A DNA stretch of 64,000 nucleotides from Eledone cirrhosa (GCA_964016885.1 OZ024742.1:123690001-123754000); one strand, 5' to 3'; shown: positions 25,940 through 40,789, counted from the first letter of the stretch. The notes: generated by a model from the letters alone, not told the origin. Program-made: numbers and translations.

Positions 25940-27662
25940 ATTAATTTCTATTACATTGATTGATTCTGAAAATATGTTGGTTTAGTCGTCATCATATTGA
26001 CAAGTATTCGGTATCTAGTACAAAAATTGCACTATAATTAATATATTAATTTTAGTTTGATATGAATGGCACTAAATAGACGGTCATTGTAAATGTGGCC
26101 TCTATACATAGGTATAGAAAAACAGATTTTATTTAAGCGAATTACATATATTTGAGGCCCTACATACTCATAACTTTCCGTTTTTCCATACAAGATCATT
26201 TATGTATATGAATGTTTGTTTAATAAATTATCAAACTTTTTAGATTCACATGTTTTGTATATATTTTCACATACCTGCTAAAAAAATACCTTTGTATACT
26301 AAAGAAGATGGCATGGACAAATTCTTTGTGCTTAAGTATATTGAAGTATATCGTGTTCATTCATAGTTATCTACATTTATCTGTAGATGAGGTTGTCTGA
26401 GAAAGTTAGATGTCCTCAAAATACGGAGTGCTTTGTTTTTAACTGGTTGAACATATCAAACTATTCCATGTTCCAAGAGGAAAGAAACCTAAAGCTTTTG
26501 TTTTGCATATTCTGAATATTATATTTTAAATCTAAGATAAATCCTGGACAACTGAAAAACATTTCGATTATTGCTAGACAATATTTTATTTCCTAGAAAA
26601 TGCTATTCAATCTTGGGATCAATTCTAACTACTCAACTATATATGTTATAATATAAAATTATAAAATGTTATCCGTAGGAAGATTGTTGTTTCATGTTGC
26701 TAACATACGATGTTTTTGTCATTCTACCTCACAACAACACAGATACAGTGTATTCAATGGAAGTTGTGCACGCCTTTGTAAATGTGTTGAAAGTTAAACT
26801 TAAAGTTAATATAAATTATTCAGTGAATAATTTATATGAATTAATTCGTATGTTTTATAATGAAAAAGCATACAATTCACAAAAGCATACAATTTCAATA
26901 GAAAAAAATTACCAATCAGAAGTAATTCAAAGATATGACACCGAAATAACTACCTATCATAGAAAAACGACTGGAGTGTAGATGCTTAGATTTCTGCCGT
27001 ATACTGGCAATAATGGAAGCTAATAAAGAAACAGCGAGGCAGAAAATTGAAAATCCTTTCACGGCAACTGGAGACAGTGAAGTGGAAAATTATTGCATAT
27101 TCTGAGTACTACTTGAATACAGACTTCAAGATAGATAACTCTAAATAAATCATGATTTATGTTGCTAAATATAAACAGATGATTTCAAAATAGCTAAGCT
27201 TCCCTCTGAACTTGTATTGTTGTAAGTGATTTTATACGCTAACGAAAATAGTACACCATCATGTGAAATGGTCAAGTCATGAAATGAGCAATAGTAAATA
27301 TGTGATAATGGGAATTATGCTGATTTGGGATATATTTGAATATGTGCAACGTAAATGGATGTCTCAACAATCTAGAGAAAGTAAACAGATTTCAGATTTC
27401 GATTCATGGAGAGTATTTCGAAACCAATCAAAATATCCATTTCATTTGAGTTATATATAGGTATACAATCAAATGCATGGTCTGATACTATTCTAAATCA
27501 AGTTTTGTGAAAATATATCATGTCTATACGACGACTACCTGGAAGGCCACAAATAGGAGTAGTACTTGTTGCATGAGGAGAAGGTGAGAAGGTATATTAG
27601 ACATAGAATTCCGTTGACGAAACCTGCCATTTATAACTGTATCATCAAGCTTCACACACACA

Positions 27663-27750
<88 letters not shown>

Positions 27751-27827
27751 CACACAATCAAGCATATATATATATATACATACTCTGAATCGTTTAGCTT
27801 ATCAGCATTTATGCGAACACAAATAAT

Positions 27828-28200
27828 ATGGGATTTGTATAGGGATTTCAGGGTAACAAGAATCTGTCCATCGAACACACACTTCTGCTGAACCTTCCAG
27901 AACATCTCCTGGGGAATGCGATACTATGCGTTTTCAACGTCTACGAAACAGTGATACACCTTCAGGCAATACACCCACGATTTCCTAAAGAACTGCCTCA
28001 GTGTTAATATTTCATCGCCTCTAATACGTTCGGGGCAATGACCACATTGTTCGTCAGCTAGCTTGGACCCGACAATATTCGTACATCTGTGTGCCAAATA
28101 TATAGGATAGACTTTACCTGGGAAGCTTAACAAAGAATTCCCTCTATTACCGGAGCAATCTCTCTTGTTTTATTATTTGAAAATTGGGATTATCGATCCC
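27828..28200 (-). pseudogene. RTE-clade LINE reverse transcriptase fragment
   Basis: Minus translation RGNSLLSFPGKVY...EQCG..P.R...I.TLRQ...CFVDVENA*YRIP...FW..GQILVTLKSLY matches the RTE RT pattern YRGISLLS.PGKVY/QCGFRP/FVDLEKAYDRVP. Confidence 0.75.
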
Positions 28201-28597
28201 GATTGCTATTGCTTAGGTGTCTGGCCAGAGACCTACGCCACCCAACACAGACGGGTCAGCCAGAGAATACCTTCTGAATTTAAGGGTTTAAATTTCTTCT
28301 CCGAAGAAGCCTTGCCATATTTAAGCTCTTTAAAAGCTCTTGTGATCTCAGCCTCCGAGAGATTAGTCATCGACCTCTGATGCACCTCATATACATCAGA
28401 CGCTGTTATGGCGTTTAAGAGATCAGCAAAATATTATCTGCACCTTGTGAGAATGTACATATCTGGAAACAGGAGATCACCAGATATTTTCCTAATAACA
28501 AGCGTAGATAGGAACTTCTTATTACAAGTTGGTGGATCGTCTGTCATAATAATTTATTTGTTGATCTGAAGTCGGATTCCAGCACGCACGCACACCA

Positions 28598-28850
28598 AGC
28601 GGTGAATTAACAGAATCGTTAGAACGTCGAATAGATTGTTTTGCGATATTGGTTCCGGCTCTCTACGCTCTGAGTTCAGAAAGCACAAAGGACAACTTCG
28701 CCATTTGTCTTTCCGAAGTCGACAAAAACTGTACCAGTAAAATACCGGGATGTTTGTTCATCTATATATCTTTCTCCCTTTTACTTTGTCTCCCTCTCTG
28801 GGAGAAATCGACTGTTTAGATTTGGAGAGGGGATGAAACGCTGTTTGTCA
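28598..28850 (+). mobile_element. SINE subfamily with extended tail (paired with the 61027 copy)
   Basis: GCGGTGAATTAACAGAATCGTTAGAACG...CTGAGTTCA...GTACCAG...TGGGAGAAATCG is shared with 61027-61260. Confidence 0.65.
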
Positions 28851-28889
28851 CTCCACCGCCCCTTCGACTTCGCCATGATTCATGGTTTC

Positions 28890-28921
<32 letters not shown>

Positions 28922-30007
28922 AAAAACTAACACACACATACATACATACATATATATATATATATTTTTCATTGTACTGTGTTGATTCTTTTTTTCTGCC
29001 ACAAGTCGTTTGGGCGAGGTTTCTGATGACTAGATCACAAATTTTGCACTCTTGAAATTTGGTGTCAAAATTGGGCCTTGAAACATTAGGTAGCGCTTTG
29101 GTTCCGTGTTTGAACATAAATAAATAATATATCAACTCTTATACCAGATTGAGCTCTGTTTTTCTCTTTCCCATCCAACGATATTTCCCTACAAATACAT
29201 TTCATGGGCGAGTGTTAAGCTACATTAACTAGACAATAATTTAGCTCCGTATGCTATCTTTATATTTAAGTACTTGCTTATATAGTAAAGTAGGTATATA
29301 TTCTGGTTAGTATGTAGGTAGGGAACTTGGTTTGTATGTGGATAAATTGGTTCTTTTACTACATTCTATTTACACCCGTGGAAATATATATTTATATCTC
29401 AAAAACTAGAACGTTTATGCATCAGGAGTGATTAGAATATAGATGTATTGCCTAACTTCCATATTTCTTTATCTTAATAGGCATAACGTTTGAATATGTT
29501 TCAACTCTGAACTTTCTGAACTACATCGTATCACATCCAGTATGCTTATAACGAGCTCTGTTACAAATAACGAGCTCTGTTGGCACACATTCACCTTGTT
29601 TTATTTCTGCGTTGCAAAGTGTAATATTTTACATTAATAATTTCTAGTGTAGATATATATGATGATAAAGAGTTATATCATAATAGAAAATTACAGATTT
29701 ATTCAATATATTCATATAAACCACATTATCTATTACTTTATTGTTATGCAAAACAATTATATGTAAATAGCTATCCGTGATACTGAATAGATTCTAAGCA
29801 AAAGTTTTCCCCATCTCCAAAGGTATATATGTTCCCATGCGTCTGAAAAATGAAACATTCAGACAGTGTCATATATGAACAAATAAATAAATATCTTCAA
29901 ATTCACATGATGAGAATTGAGAATTATTCTTAATGAAATACAGCAGAATGACGCGATATTCGGCAGATTACATATCACAAAGATGTATTTGATTATACAT
30001 ACATACA

Positions 30008-30081
<74 letters not shown>

Positions 30082-30246
30082 TGTGTATATATGTGTGTGT
30101 ATAAATGTGTGTATATATGTGTATATATGTGTGTGTATGTGTGTATGTGTGTGTTTGTGTATATATGTATATATATACACAACACACACACACACACACA
30201 TATATATATATGTATATATATCAGTGTATATATATATATATATATT

Positions 30247-30297
30247 TGTTTCTACTTTAGGCACAAGGCCAGCAATTACCCAGTTCATTACTGGTAC

Positions 30298-30304
<7 letters not shown>
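30247..30304 (-). mobile_element. SINE family A 3' fragment
   Basis: Reverse complement of AAATAAAGTACCAGTAATGAACTGGGTAATTGCTGGCCTTGTGCCTAAAGTAGAAACA, lying within (TA)n. Confidence 0.8.
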
Positions 30305-30338
<34 letters not shown>

Positions 30339-30518
30339 ATATTTGGAGAAGGTCATATTGTTCTAATATTTCAAGAAAATATAGTAAAACACACTCTGTT
30401 TGGTTTGGTTTGGTTTTCACTTCATTATATTTTTATATTTCTATAAATAATTCAGCTTTTTATCAATGTTTATCATTGATTGACCAAGAGTTAAACATTA
30501 TAAATATAAAAATATTTT

Positions 30519-31790
30519 CTCAGTGTTCTTTCGTCACACAAATCCGTGACATCATCAGTGATGTTTCTGGGTTTTCTTCCCGTTGTGTTCCTCTCACGTT
30601 TTCTTATTATATTTTATTTATTTATCCCTTTATTGTTGACTATGTTTGCGCATACGTTTGTGTGCATGTATTCTGTTTATTCTGTTTGGTGTGTGCTCCT
30701 GTGTTCACGTCTGAGTCTCTGTGTGTTTACGTCTTTATATCCTACCTTTGGTCGCAGTGTGTGTTTATTTTTGCGTGTTGTTATTGCATCTGTCTATATT
30801 TATATTTTATATTATATCACTCTTGTGTGTTTTTATATCGTTCTTTTTATTCCATTCATGTTCTATGTTCATTTCGGTTTTTCCTATTTCTATTTCTCTA
30901 GATTCCCTAGTTTGTTGAATTCTGGAGTCATTCCTATATGTAGATATTATTTTAATTTCTAAGTTGTCTATATTACCATTATGTCTTAGTTTGGCATGTT
31001 CATATAGCACTGAATTGTATTTTTCTCCTTTTAGTTCAGCCCAGTGTTGGTCTATACTCTTGCCTATGAAACAGCCTTTCCTATGTATGTCATTGTTATG
31101 TTTCTGCAGTCACCCACTGTGCATCCAATGCTATAGACTATATTCTAGTCTTACAATTTATTTGTGGACTTACTCTAAATATTACACATTTCTTAATTGT
31201 ACAGCGGTTTTTCTTAAAGGGGTACGTTTTACTGATCAGGATTTTATGGTATTTCCTGGCTTTTCTACCACTTTAATACTTAAATAGATATTTATTGGGG
31301 CCTTTCTAAATTGGCTAGACAGTTCACCTGCAGTGGTTGCATCCACGAATATGACACTCTGGTATCTCTAGTTGTCATATCATGAGTTGGCTTTCCCTAT
31401 TTTTTGTTGTATTTTCCTATCTATGCTAGCCATTGGCTAGCTCCTATACAGTGGCCAATCTCTTTCATGTCCATTTCTATAAAGGTTTTATATTTCAACG
31501 TGGCCCCTTTGTACACACTGATTCTGTCTCTTTGGTTCTAGCCAAAGAATTGCATGCGATTGGTAAAGTATTGTACGTGTATCTCCAGTTCAATTGGATC
31601 ACACATGCGAGACACATTCTTCATTAGTCTTACTAAGTCTGCGATCAGGTTATTGAACTTAGTACTATTAGACATCGATGGGGTTTTGTGTATAAAGTAT
31701 TTTGAGGCCATGTGTTTAGCATAATGTGAGTGGATTTGGGTTTTCCTCGTTATAGTATGCAGCCTGTGTTCAGTGTCTAACACCGGTAGT
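30519..31790 (-). mobile_element. Penelope-like retroelement 3' remnant (GIY-YIG endonuclease plus pLTR hammerhead-like motif)
   Basis: Minus translation of about 31145-30845: NIVYSIGC..C..MTYIGK / DQH..SVLYEHAKLRH..IKII..D..QQTRESREI...MNIEHEW, a GIY-YIG pattern. Downstream at 30529-30558: CTGATGA-T-GTCAC..GTGAC-GAAA. Upper boundary uncertain. Confidence 0.7.
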
Positions 31791-32882
31791 CTATTGTTAT
31801 GGTTAAATTAAAAAGGCCGTGTTCTAATATATTCTTTTAATGTTGCACATATGATAATACATAGAAATACGTATTGTGTAATTATGCTATATTAATGGAA
31901 TACATTGGAACCCGGTCTTCTTTTTCCATGTAAGTATTTAACTCCGTTCCTGCACCACCCACAAGCCACCACATACGTCTAGTGATTTTGTTTATTGCAT
32001 CACGGTAATTAGAATAATTGGCATTTTATTATCGGAAAATATTCATTCATTTACCAAATAGGTGTTAAAACGATTAATATTAAAAGTTATCAAAATAAGA
32101 AATAAACATTTGTCGCAATACAAAGATAAAGATAACATCCGTTCGTGTTTATATGCGTGTGTGTATGTGTGTGGATACAAAATTCACTTAGCAACCACGG
32201 TATGTCCCATTTCATGGCATCTTGGGTCGGTTTTGCTATATGCTCCTGTTGGCCAATAACTGGTGCCTTAGAATTTAGTAGTTGAAGCCCTCCCCCCACC
32301 TGCACACGCACATATTTGGTAGTAGAAGGCCCCCTAACTCGCATACACATATATCATAATTACAATAGTCAAACATAAACTGTCTAAGGCAGGAATGGAG
32401 AGGAACAAACAGGCTCTAGCAACCCCTCACCCAGTAGCATTAGTAGCAGCCTCAAAAGGATACAGACTTCAGGCGTCAGAAATCTGCATATATTGATACC
32501 TATGTAGTACTTAATTGAAAGTATAATTAATTTAGATTTTAAATTATTCCCTCTAAACATAAAATCCACTCTTGGAAGTTCCACATCTCTCAGTTCTAAA
32601 ACTCTGTTACATTTATCAAAAATTGAGATCCTTTGCGTTCTTAATAGTGTGGTTTCCTCCGTAGTGTTTTGCAGTAAAGTTACTTGCTAAAATGCGTAGC
32701 TCGGAGAGAGTCGCTCCAAGTCGAGCCGCTATTTTTTCGGATTGATAGATCAGAGCGGTGACAATACGGGCATGGGGTTAGAATGTTTCAGCACATAATC
32801 TCTGAACAGATTTTACAAACAATACCAGTCCGCATGAGACACAAGGGTAGACCCCGAGTATGGTAGTGGCTGGATAACATAC

Positions 32883-33068
32883 CTGAGCTCGGCTGGCCAT
32901 TTGGGAATCCAGCCGGATTAATTGGATATGGTTGCTTCTGATGTAACCCTCTGAAAGGAGTATTTGAAGGCTATGCCCCCACGACACTCTCAGGCATACG
33001 TGGGCAAAGGAGAAGACGAACAAAAGCCAACAGCAGAAATAATCATTCATATTCATCTGCATTATCAC
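32883..33068 (-). CDS. Candidate host-gene exon (186 bp, phase 0) encoding an N-terminal signal peptide
   Basis: Acceptor CTAAT..CACTTTTTTACAG|G and donor CAG|GTATGT. Only one frame is open: VIMQMNMNDYFCCWLLFVFSFAHVCLRVSWG-HSLQILLSEGY...RAQ. Unique sequence, GC-richer than its flanks. Confidence 0.55.
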
Positions 33069-33457
33069 CTGTAAAAAAGTGAGTTATTAGTGGTATTCTG
33101 AAACTTTATGTGGAATACCACTCCTCCAACCTATAAAATGTTTGTCATAGTTAATCTAAGTCTATTGTCTGTTTCGAGCCGGGATGCCCAGCAGTCTGGT
33201 GCTTAACCTGGTTTACATGGCTTGAAGTGACTGAGATTATTACACTCTTCATAGACAGAACACCTGTCATTCGAGGGTTAAACCCCCAGCTAGATGTTCA
33301 TAATTCCTATATCAATACAATTGTAATACGTATTTCAATGGCGTTCCTGTTTACCTTTTCTTTCGATTACAGCTTTATGAATTAAGGAATTATAAACATC
33401 TACATTGGACATTCGCAATTATCTTTATTGTGGATGAGTATATATAGCATTGATAAA

Positions 33458-33640
33458 GGCACGTGGTTTAGTGGTTAGAGAGTTGGATTCGCCGCAATCG
33501 TGAGGTTGTGAGTTCAATTCTAGGATCGTTTGATGCGTTGTGTCCTTGAGCAACACAATTTATTTCACGTTGCTTTTCTGCCAGGAGTTGCTACCGGTAC
33601 ATAGTATCAACAGTAGAAAGATCAATGAAAACATTGTATC
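33458..33640 (+). mobile_element. tRNA-derived SINE
   Basis: GGCACGTGGTTTAGTGGTTAGAG (A-box)...GAGTTCAATTC (B-box)...GTGTCCTTGAGCAACAC..TTTATTTCACGTTGCT. Confidence 0.7.
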
Positions 33641-35079
33641 CTTGGTCCGATTTGATGAGGTTCACTACACTCAGCAAGGAATGAGATCTGGGATCTTGTT
33701 GATCGATGAGAGAGAGAGAGAGAGAGAGAGACCCAGAGAGGGTGATGCGGTCAATTATAGATGGAGTACAATCAATGTTTCCCCACCCTCTTTTCCCTCT
33801 GTTTTTAAATATATGCAATTGAATATGAATGACATAATTTTTTAATTTTAACAAAACCCTTAACTATTGTATGAAACGGTTGTTTACAAGGATCCAGCAT
33901 ATTTAATGACATTTAATGATATATTCCTTTTCGGCGAGGTGTGAAGATACTACACTGTTGAATTGCCAATAGTTAATTCCTAACATAATATGCATATCCG
34001 AATTTAATGTTACTAATTTTAACTTCTTGCCCATAAATTCTATGGGGAGAGTTGGGGAATTTCAGAATTTTCATTTGGAAACATTTTAAAGATCATATTC
34101 CAATATAATTATTGTATCATCTGATAATGATTGTAAAATCATCTACGCAATATTTTCGTTCATGACTATACTTACATTACTACATTTAGTAGGTGTTAAA
34201 ACACTCAATATCTAATATTTTATCAATTAAAATATGTATCCAAAGTAATAGTTTGTTCGTGCATACATTGGCGATAGATATTGGTTATTTTATTACGAAA
34301 ATATAGTTTTCAGTATGTTGCATTATACAGCTTTTGAATTTCACTTAAATCAAGTTGAGCGCAAACATTATCATGGTAGCAGCATTTGATTACAGTAAAT
34401 GTTTTGTTTCTCCTTATAATTTATCAGTTCTTGTAGCCAATCATGTTGGACACGGCCTCAATTTATTTCCGTCTTGCTATGATATGTTTCCGTCACCATG
34501 GTCACTCACACCCCTGCACATTTCCCACATTTAATTCTAACTCATATGAGGTCGTTACTGTTTTATCACCTAGGCAGAAGAAAGGACCCTTCCAATTTAC
34601 CCTTTTTCAGGGTCTTACTGGGAAACTGGTGACAGGAAGCAGGGGTAGCGTGAAACCAGTGATCTGACGCTTGCTATAGAGTTGACCCAACAAAATGCAC
34701 CCAAGTGTCAAATGGTTTTGTTAAATCGGGTTGATTTCTAAGTCTGACTACGAGAGAAGCCACACGAGATTTGGGATTCAGAACTCAAATCTTTGGCACA
34801 AATGGCCCAGGGCCTCTTATCTAACGCCTTAATATCCAAGCCATGCTACCATCTTTGATATTACTTTATTTATCCCTCCCAAATAGAAGAAACAGAAAGT
34901 TGATGTGGGTTGAATTTGAACAGGGAGTTCAGACAATCGGAATAAAACGGTGCAAATACTTTCGTCCATGTTCTAACGATTCTGTAAATTTGTCACCATT
35001 TACTACCTGAGCAGTGTCCCGAAAACTCACTAGTAAGTATCCTGTCTAAAGTCTGAAATCCGACTCGAGCCCAGACGCT

Positions 35080-35335
35080 TACTAGGTCAGTGCTTATCCT
35101 GGATTCCGTGGCTTTAAATGACTGAGAGTACAAGATTTACTCCTGGACAAGACACCAATCCATTGCAAGATTGAATTTCCAGCTACTGCTGCTACTCATA
35201 TTCAATTACATATAAAATAGCAACCTGAAATGAAGTGTTTTAATCACTAACACAACACTGAACCCAGTCAAGGAATCGAACCTACGGCATTATGATCGTA
35301 AGTCCAACGTCCATATTAGTAGGTCACGCGACTTC
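35080..35335 (-). mobile_element. Diverged tRNA-derived SINE
   Basis: Minus strand: CGCGTGACCT...GGTTCGATTCC...AAAACACTTCATTTCAGGTTGCT. Confidence 0.5.
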
Positions 35336-38300
35336 ACTAAGTATCTTGGTATCATACTTTATTCCTAACCGGCTTGTACTATGCTCAAGACAGGGTTAAG
35401 TACCAGATTTTAAACACATTGTCTTGTATTGATTTCATTGAACTAATATTTATTTACGTACGTAATGGGTCAGAATACCATCAACCAAACATAAAAAGAA
35501 AGACAATTATTTGACTGTCATATATATCCTAGAATAATGAAATCCTGCTTCATACCTATTTCTGTAATAGTATGATCTAGAAAATACACTTTAACAGGGT
35601 AGAATTTAGTTATCAGTTCCAGAAAGGTTCATTGTTGTATGTAGAATGTATAGGCATTAGTTGTTTTTTTGCTACGATAAAACTATCGCATTAACCCGAT
35701 TTTTCTCCATATTTTATCACTACTCTCTACACTGTAACCTAGGCTTTCATGACAGTTTCATGCCGCTCTATGTTGGATCGATGAAAAGCGATCATGTTCC
35801 TATTATTTAATATTCTTTTCACCTATTATAACTTCATTGGTTAAATTTCATTCATCGACTTTTCAAAATATTGTGTAATTTATTATCTGAATGTATATAC
35901 GTTTTATGGTATCGTAAATATTTATTTGATATCTAATTCATAAACTATGTGTATATAGACTTCCAAATATTTGTGAAGTGATAGATAGCCTAAAGCTATT
36001 ATCATAATTATTGTTAGTATTTTTAAATGAAATATAATATTTTATTCCTCTTCAATAGTGCATGATATTTTCTTCTGGATAGATATTTAGATTTCCGCTT
36101 TTCATGTTAATATTTAAAGGGGAGTTTTATCTTGTATCCGTATGATATCGTTAAAAATTAAACTGAAAACAAGAAAAGAAAACGATATTTATTGACACGA
36201 AACCGTCATACAAGGAAAACAAAAGCTCATACACAAACATAACTATTTTAAGTCCCCGGCACAATGTACGATTTGTTACAACATCAGTTTCAATTGAAAA
36301 ATACACTTCAGGTTCGATTCCTGGGGCAACGGAGAATACGACTCTTGAATTTTCCATATCAGCTATTGCTGCTATATAATTTGTAAGCCACTAACATTAA
36401 TATTATCAGAGGACTACATCCTTCACGATAGTCTTGTTATTGAAGTGGATGATCCTTAACTTATATTTCTTGCATTTCATAATTGTCGCTAAAATGTTAA
36501 TATTTCTTTAGTTGTGGTGATATTCTCCATCCGGGTACGTCGCCCTATTTGCAGCTTTTGGTATGTTGTGTTTCTGAGCTTTCCACTTACCCTCCATACT
36601 TAGCCAAGGTCTGGTGGTGGATGGCCGTTGATTCAGACGAATTCATTTAAACACGTTTGCTTTTTGGGGCTGCTGGGATTCCTATTACTAGCCTCACCCG
36701 ACCAGCGTCTGGTAGGTCAGTCGTTTAAAGTCACCGGCAACTCGACCGTGAAGCATGTTGTGCTGACTGGGTAACATGGTACCAGTAGCAGCAGAAGCCT
36801 AACCTGACCAATTTGCTCATGCATAATCTACAATTCCTAGAATACTTGTTTTTACAAATACTTTCAAATTCATATCCTCGTCAAACTATTCAATCCTTCT
36901 CTTCAAGGATCTATCCCTAACTTTGGGAATATAATACAGCATATTCCATCTGAAAGAAGCCATGTTTTCGATGCCTATCCCATATCAAACTATCTGTCTT
37001 ACTTCCATCATCTCAAACTTAATACACTAAGTTGTTGACAACCAACTTCCTTACAACCTTGATTCTATGTTTTACTCATACTCCCGTCTATATGACCTCT
37101 TTACGCCAGATTACCTGATCACTCATCCCTCATACTATGAATGCTAGCATTTGGATTCAAGAATCCCGCGTAAACAGTTTTGTTTCTGCCATCAGGCAAT
37201 ACAATCTACGTGCCTGGCATGAATATTTATCGACTTATTGTGTGGAATGATCTTCGTCACATCACATCATCGTGGTGCTTCCTGATGGACATTTTTTCTC
37301 TCACCCAGTTATGGTATGAACGTAGAAGTGCTGCAACTCTGATGTATCATATATACTCTTGCCTCGGTACATTAACTAAATGCTTGTTGTCACATCTAAA
37401 AAATCCTCTCATTTACACATTATAGTTTACGTCAATTATTAACCTTATACCTACAGCAGTCATCCACATGCAATCTCAGGGCCCCACTATAGTTATCTCA
37501 GCACCTTAACAACCGTCACTACAATCAGAAACACATAATTCAAAAACCTGCTTAAATGCATCTGTACACAGCAGTTATTTTCCGTTTCAATAGGACTAAT
37601 ATACAACCTCTGTACATGTGAAGGAGACAATCATGTACTAATCACTATTTAGCTTCTGTCTTAATCCAGTTATATCCGCGTTATCACTATAAATACTAGC
37701 AAACAGTTATCACCTTCATTAATTAGCGAAAATGTGTCCCAAAATGATCTTTCATCTGGAAAGCTAGAACAAATACTGACTCTTTAAAAATTACGAGTGC
37801 GCTTGACAATCGTTTATTGCTTCTACTTGAAAAATTATTGTGGTGTTGTACATAATGTCGTTCTACATCGCATCTAAATGGAGCTATTGATTTTCATCAT
37901 TTAACAGACTATCATAATCGAAAACCTTGCCAATATACGCTCTCTTTCCTCGTTTGACTTTATCTACTCCTACTAAAATGACCTCATCTATTCAGTGCCA
38001 TCTTACTGAATACGACTTCAACCCAAACTCTTTTAAATCACCCGCCGCTCCTCCATTTCGTTGCCTATACAGTGTTTCTCGGCTTATGTTTTGTACTAAT
38101 CAATATGAAGTTATACTTACCCACAGAAATTCAAGCGTCTAAAATTTACCCCTTCTCTCAGCCCATCCGCAAAGTTTCTGCAATCGTGAATATTTCATCT
38201 ATTCATCCAAACGCATAATTTTAACCAGCCTCTAGGGGAGGGGGCTGTAAATGGTATCGATACACACCTTTCCTTTTCATTAAAACTAATGAAAACATGT

Positions 38301-39029
38301 ATTTGTAGGTATTGTTTCTGATTTAGGCAAAAGGCCAACAATTTTTGAGGAGGGGAAAGTTGATTACTGGTACTGTATTTTATGAACGCCTTAAGGATGA
38401 AAGTTAAAACCAACCACGGATGGATTGAAATCGACATGTAAAGGGCCGAAACTCTATGTTATGAAGCACAGTATCCGGCGCTCTACCGATACTGTCAATA
38501 TCCCGCCCTTGTATTTGTATATATGAATAAATGTTCATTTTTGTTTATGTTGTTTTTACTACAATATTAATATTTTTTTAAGAAGAAATTGTAACAAAGA
38601 TACGACATCAATTAATAAATATATCACATCATAATTTAGAGGGAATATATAAAAAAAAGATTGCAGCTATATACTTTGATGGAAAAAGGGAGTTTATCTA
38701 TCCAACATTATGTATATATCAGATGTGGTTGACAAAATATGTATAATAATTTAGTATATATTCATACAAAATTACCTGCAAAATTTGATAATGTTTATTC
38801 TTATAAAGTGATAAATATTCACCTACTCATAAACTTCTTATGTTATTCCTACTCCTGCTACAATATAGATTTGGATGGCACCATAACTCGTAGGGATGCC
38901 GTAGTGACATATGGCCTTTTTTGGCCATTTTAAGCCTTGTTGAGTCCATCCCTCTCCAAGTTGGAAAACAGTAGATTACTTCCAGAGAAAGATAAAGAGT
39001 GGTAGAAAGAGATATAGAGGAAGAATCGA

Positions 39030-39182
39030 CTCCTAGTACTTCACTGGTACTTTTTCTATGGACCTCGAATGGATGAAAGGCAAAGTTGACATTGGCAGCG
39101 TATGAACACATAGAACAGAGAGTCGAAACCAAAAGCGCAAGGCATTCAATTAGACGCTCTAACAACTCTGCCAATTCCTCTG
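39030..39182 (-). mobile_element. Diverged SINE with the family A core
   Basis: Minus strand: GGAATTGGCAGAGTTGTTAGAGCG...TCAACTTTGCCTTTCATCCATTCGAGGTC..AAAAAGTACCAG. Similar decayed copies at about 34860-35000, 38365-38510, 49660-49800 and 55640-55780. Confidence 0.6.
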
Positions 39183-40655
39183 CTACAATATACAACATTA
39201 GAGCTAACGTCAGCACCATCTTCATAAGAGTTGTAGTTATGCTGTTGGAACAGTAATAACATTAGCAGTGTTCGCAGTTGTTGTTCTTGTTTCTGTTGAT
39301 GTTTTTAATAGTGCTAAATTATTTACACATTTATGAATTCTGCCAGTATCTATCAAAAAGCAAATTAATTAATCTAAGGTACTATGATTAAACAAATATA
39401 TATTTGAAACAATTCCCATAAATGCCATTGTGTAGAAAGCATAAAGTATTGTTATTAAGTACGGAATAACTCAAATATTTCTGACACATTTTTAATCAAT
39501 GAACGATTAACTGCTTGAAACATACGCTGCATTTTCATTCTCAGTTCAGCACTACGAATAAAACAGCGAGTGGTTAATGATATAATTATCTCAAGCAACA
39601 GCTAACAGCCCTGCATGCTTAAACAATTACAAAATAGTATCATAGATATTTCCAAGTAAAGATTTAGAATGTGTGGTATGTTGACAACTAAACAGAACCT
39701 CTTTTGATGCCCATGTCTTGTATTTGATTGACTAACAAGTGACTACAAAGGAAGAGATCTCTATACATAGATGTATTTATAGTTCATCATTCACTCGTAA
39801 AAAACCTAGTTGTTGATAGTTTTTGTTAGTATGTTTTTCTAACGTGAAAATGGAAATTGAGGGAGAAACTTCATTTGTTCTGCTTCACTAGCGTAAGATA
39901 TGCTCACGTCCTACTGACAACTGCAAATAGTTCTACTGGAAGAGAATAACAATGTATTGTCGGCGAATTTTAATGAAGCGAGAGAAAACTAGCTATAGCG
40001 GTCTAATTGGCGATGGAATTGCGTTTGCACAAAGTAACGAGGTGATATACAATGAATAGATGCACAATGAAGTGTAAAAATAATAACATTGTTTTTAATA
40101 CTTTAGTCATCGTTTTATTTTCTTTATTCTATGGCATGTTTCCTTATAAATGCAGTTAGTTCTAACATTGTGATCAAGAGGCAATCACAGTACTCTGCTA
40201 CATGTTACCAGAGAAATATATTCAACGTATCTATAGTGTAATTCTGACGTTGTGGAAATCAACACAGTTGGTTAAAAAATAAATAAATTTAATTAAATAT
40301 GATGGTGTTAGACGTTTATTTGGTATGGGTAATGTTGGGAATAAACAAAGAGTATTAATTGATATTCATCTAAAATAAGTCATTTTGGGTCACATTATTT
40401 GTTCACTATGTCTTTATATCGCTTTCTTATGGTTGTTTACAGAATTCGGTGTTTATTAGATAGATGTAACAGTAGTTAAAATATTGAAACGAAGTCCTTT
40501 ATTTTCCCAAACAATGAAATCTATCTATTTTTCTTCATGACAGTGAAAATAATTACAGACTTAATTTGTTGAGCTTCCAAAGAGTCATATGAAGGAAACT
40601 GTTTTATTTTCAAAAATCGATCTTAAGTCTTCACATAAATCTAAACCAACCCTCC

Positions 40656-40692
<37 letters not shown>

Positions 40693-40747
40693 TTTTTCTT
40701 TCTGTCTCTTTCTGTGTATACACACAAATATATAGACGTACTCACAA

Positions 40748-40788
<41 letters not shown>

Positions 40789-40789
40789 G

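Noticed and set aside
29859-30962. Long [12 protein letters not shown] ORFs here and throughout the window
   Set aside because: Dinucleotide repeats lack stop codons; no domain content.
33458-33530. tRNA gene
   Set aside because: A- and B-box-like motifs are present but there is no clean cloverleaf, and the sequence continues into a SINE body.
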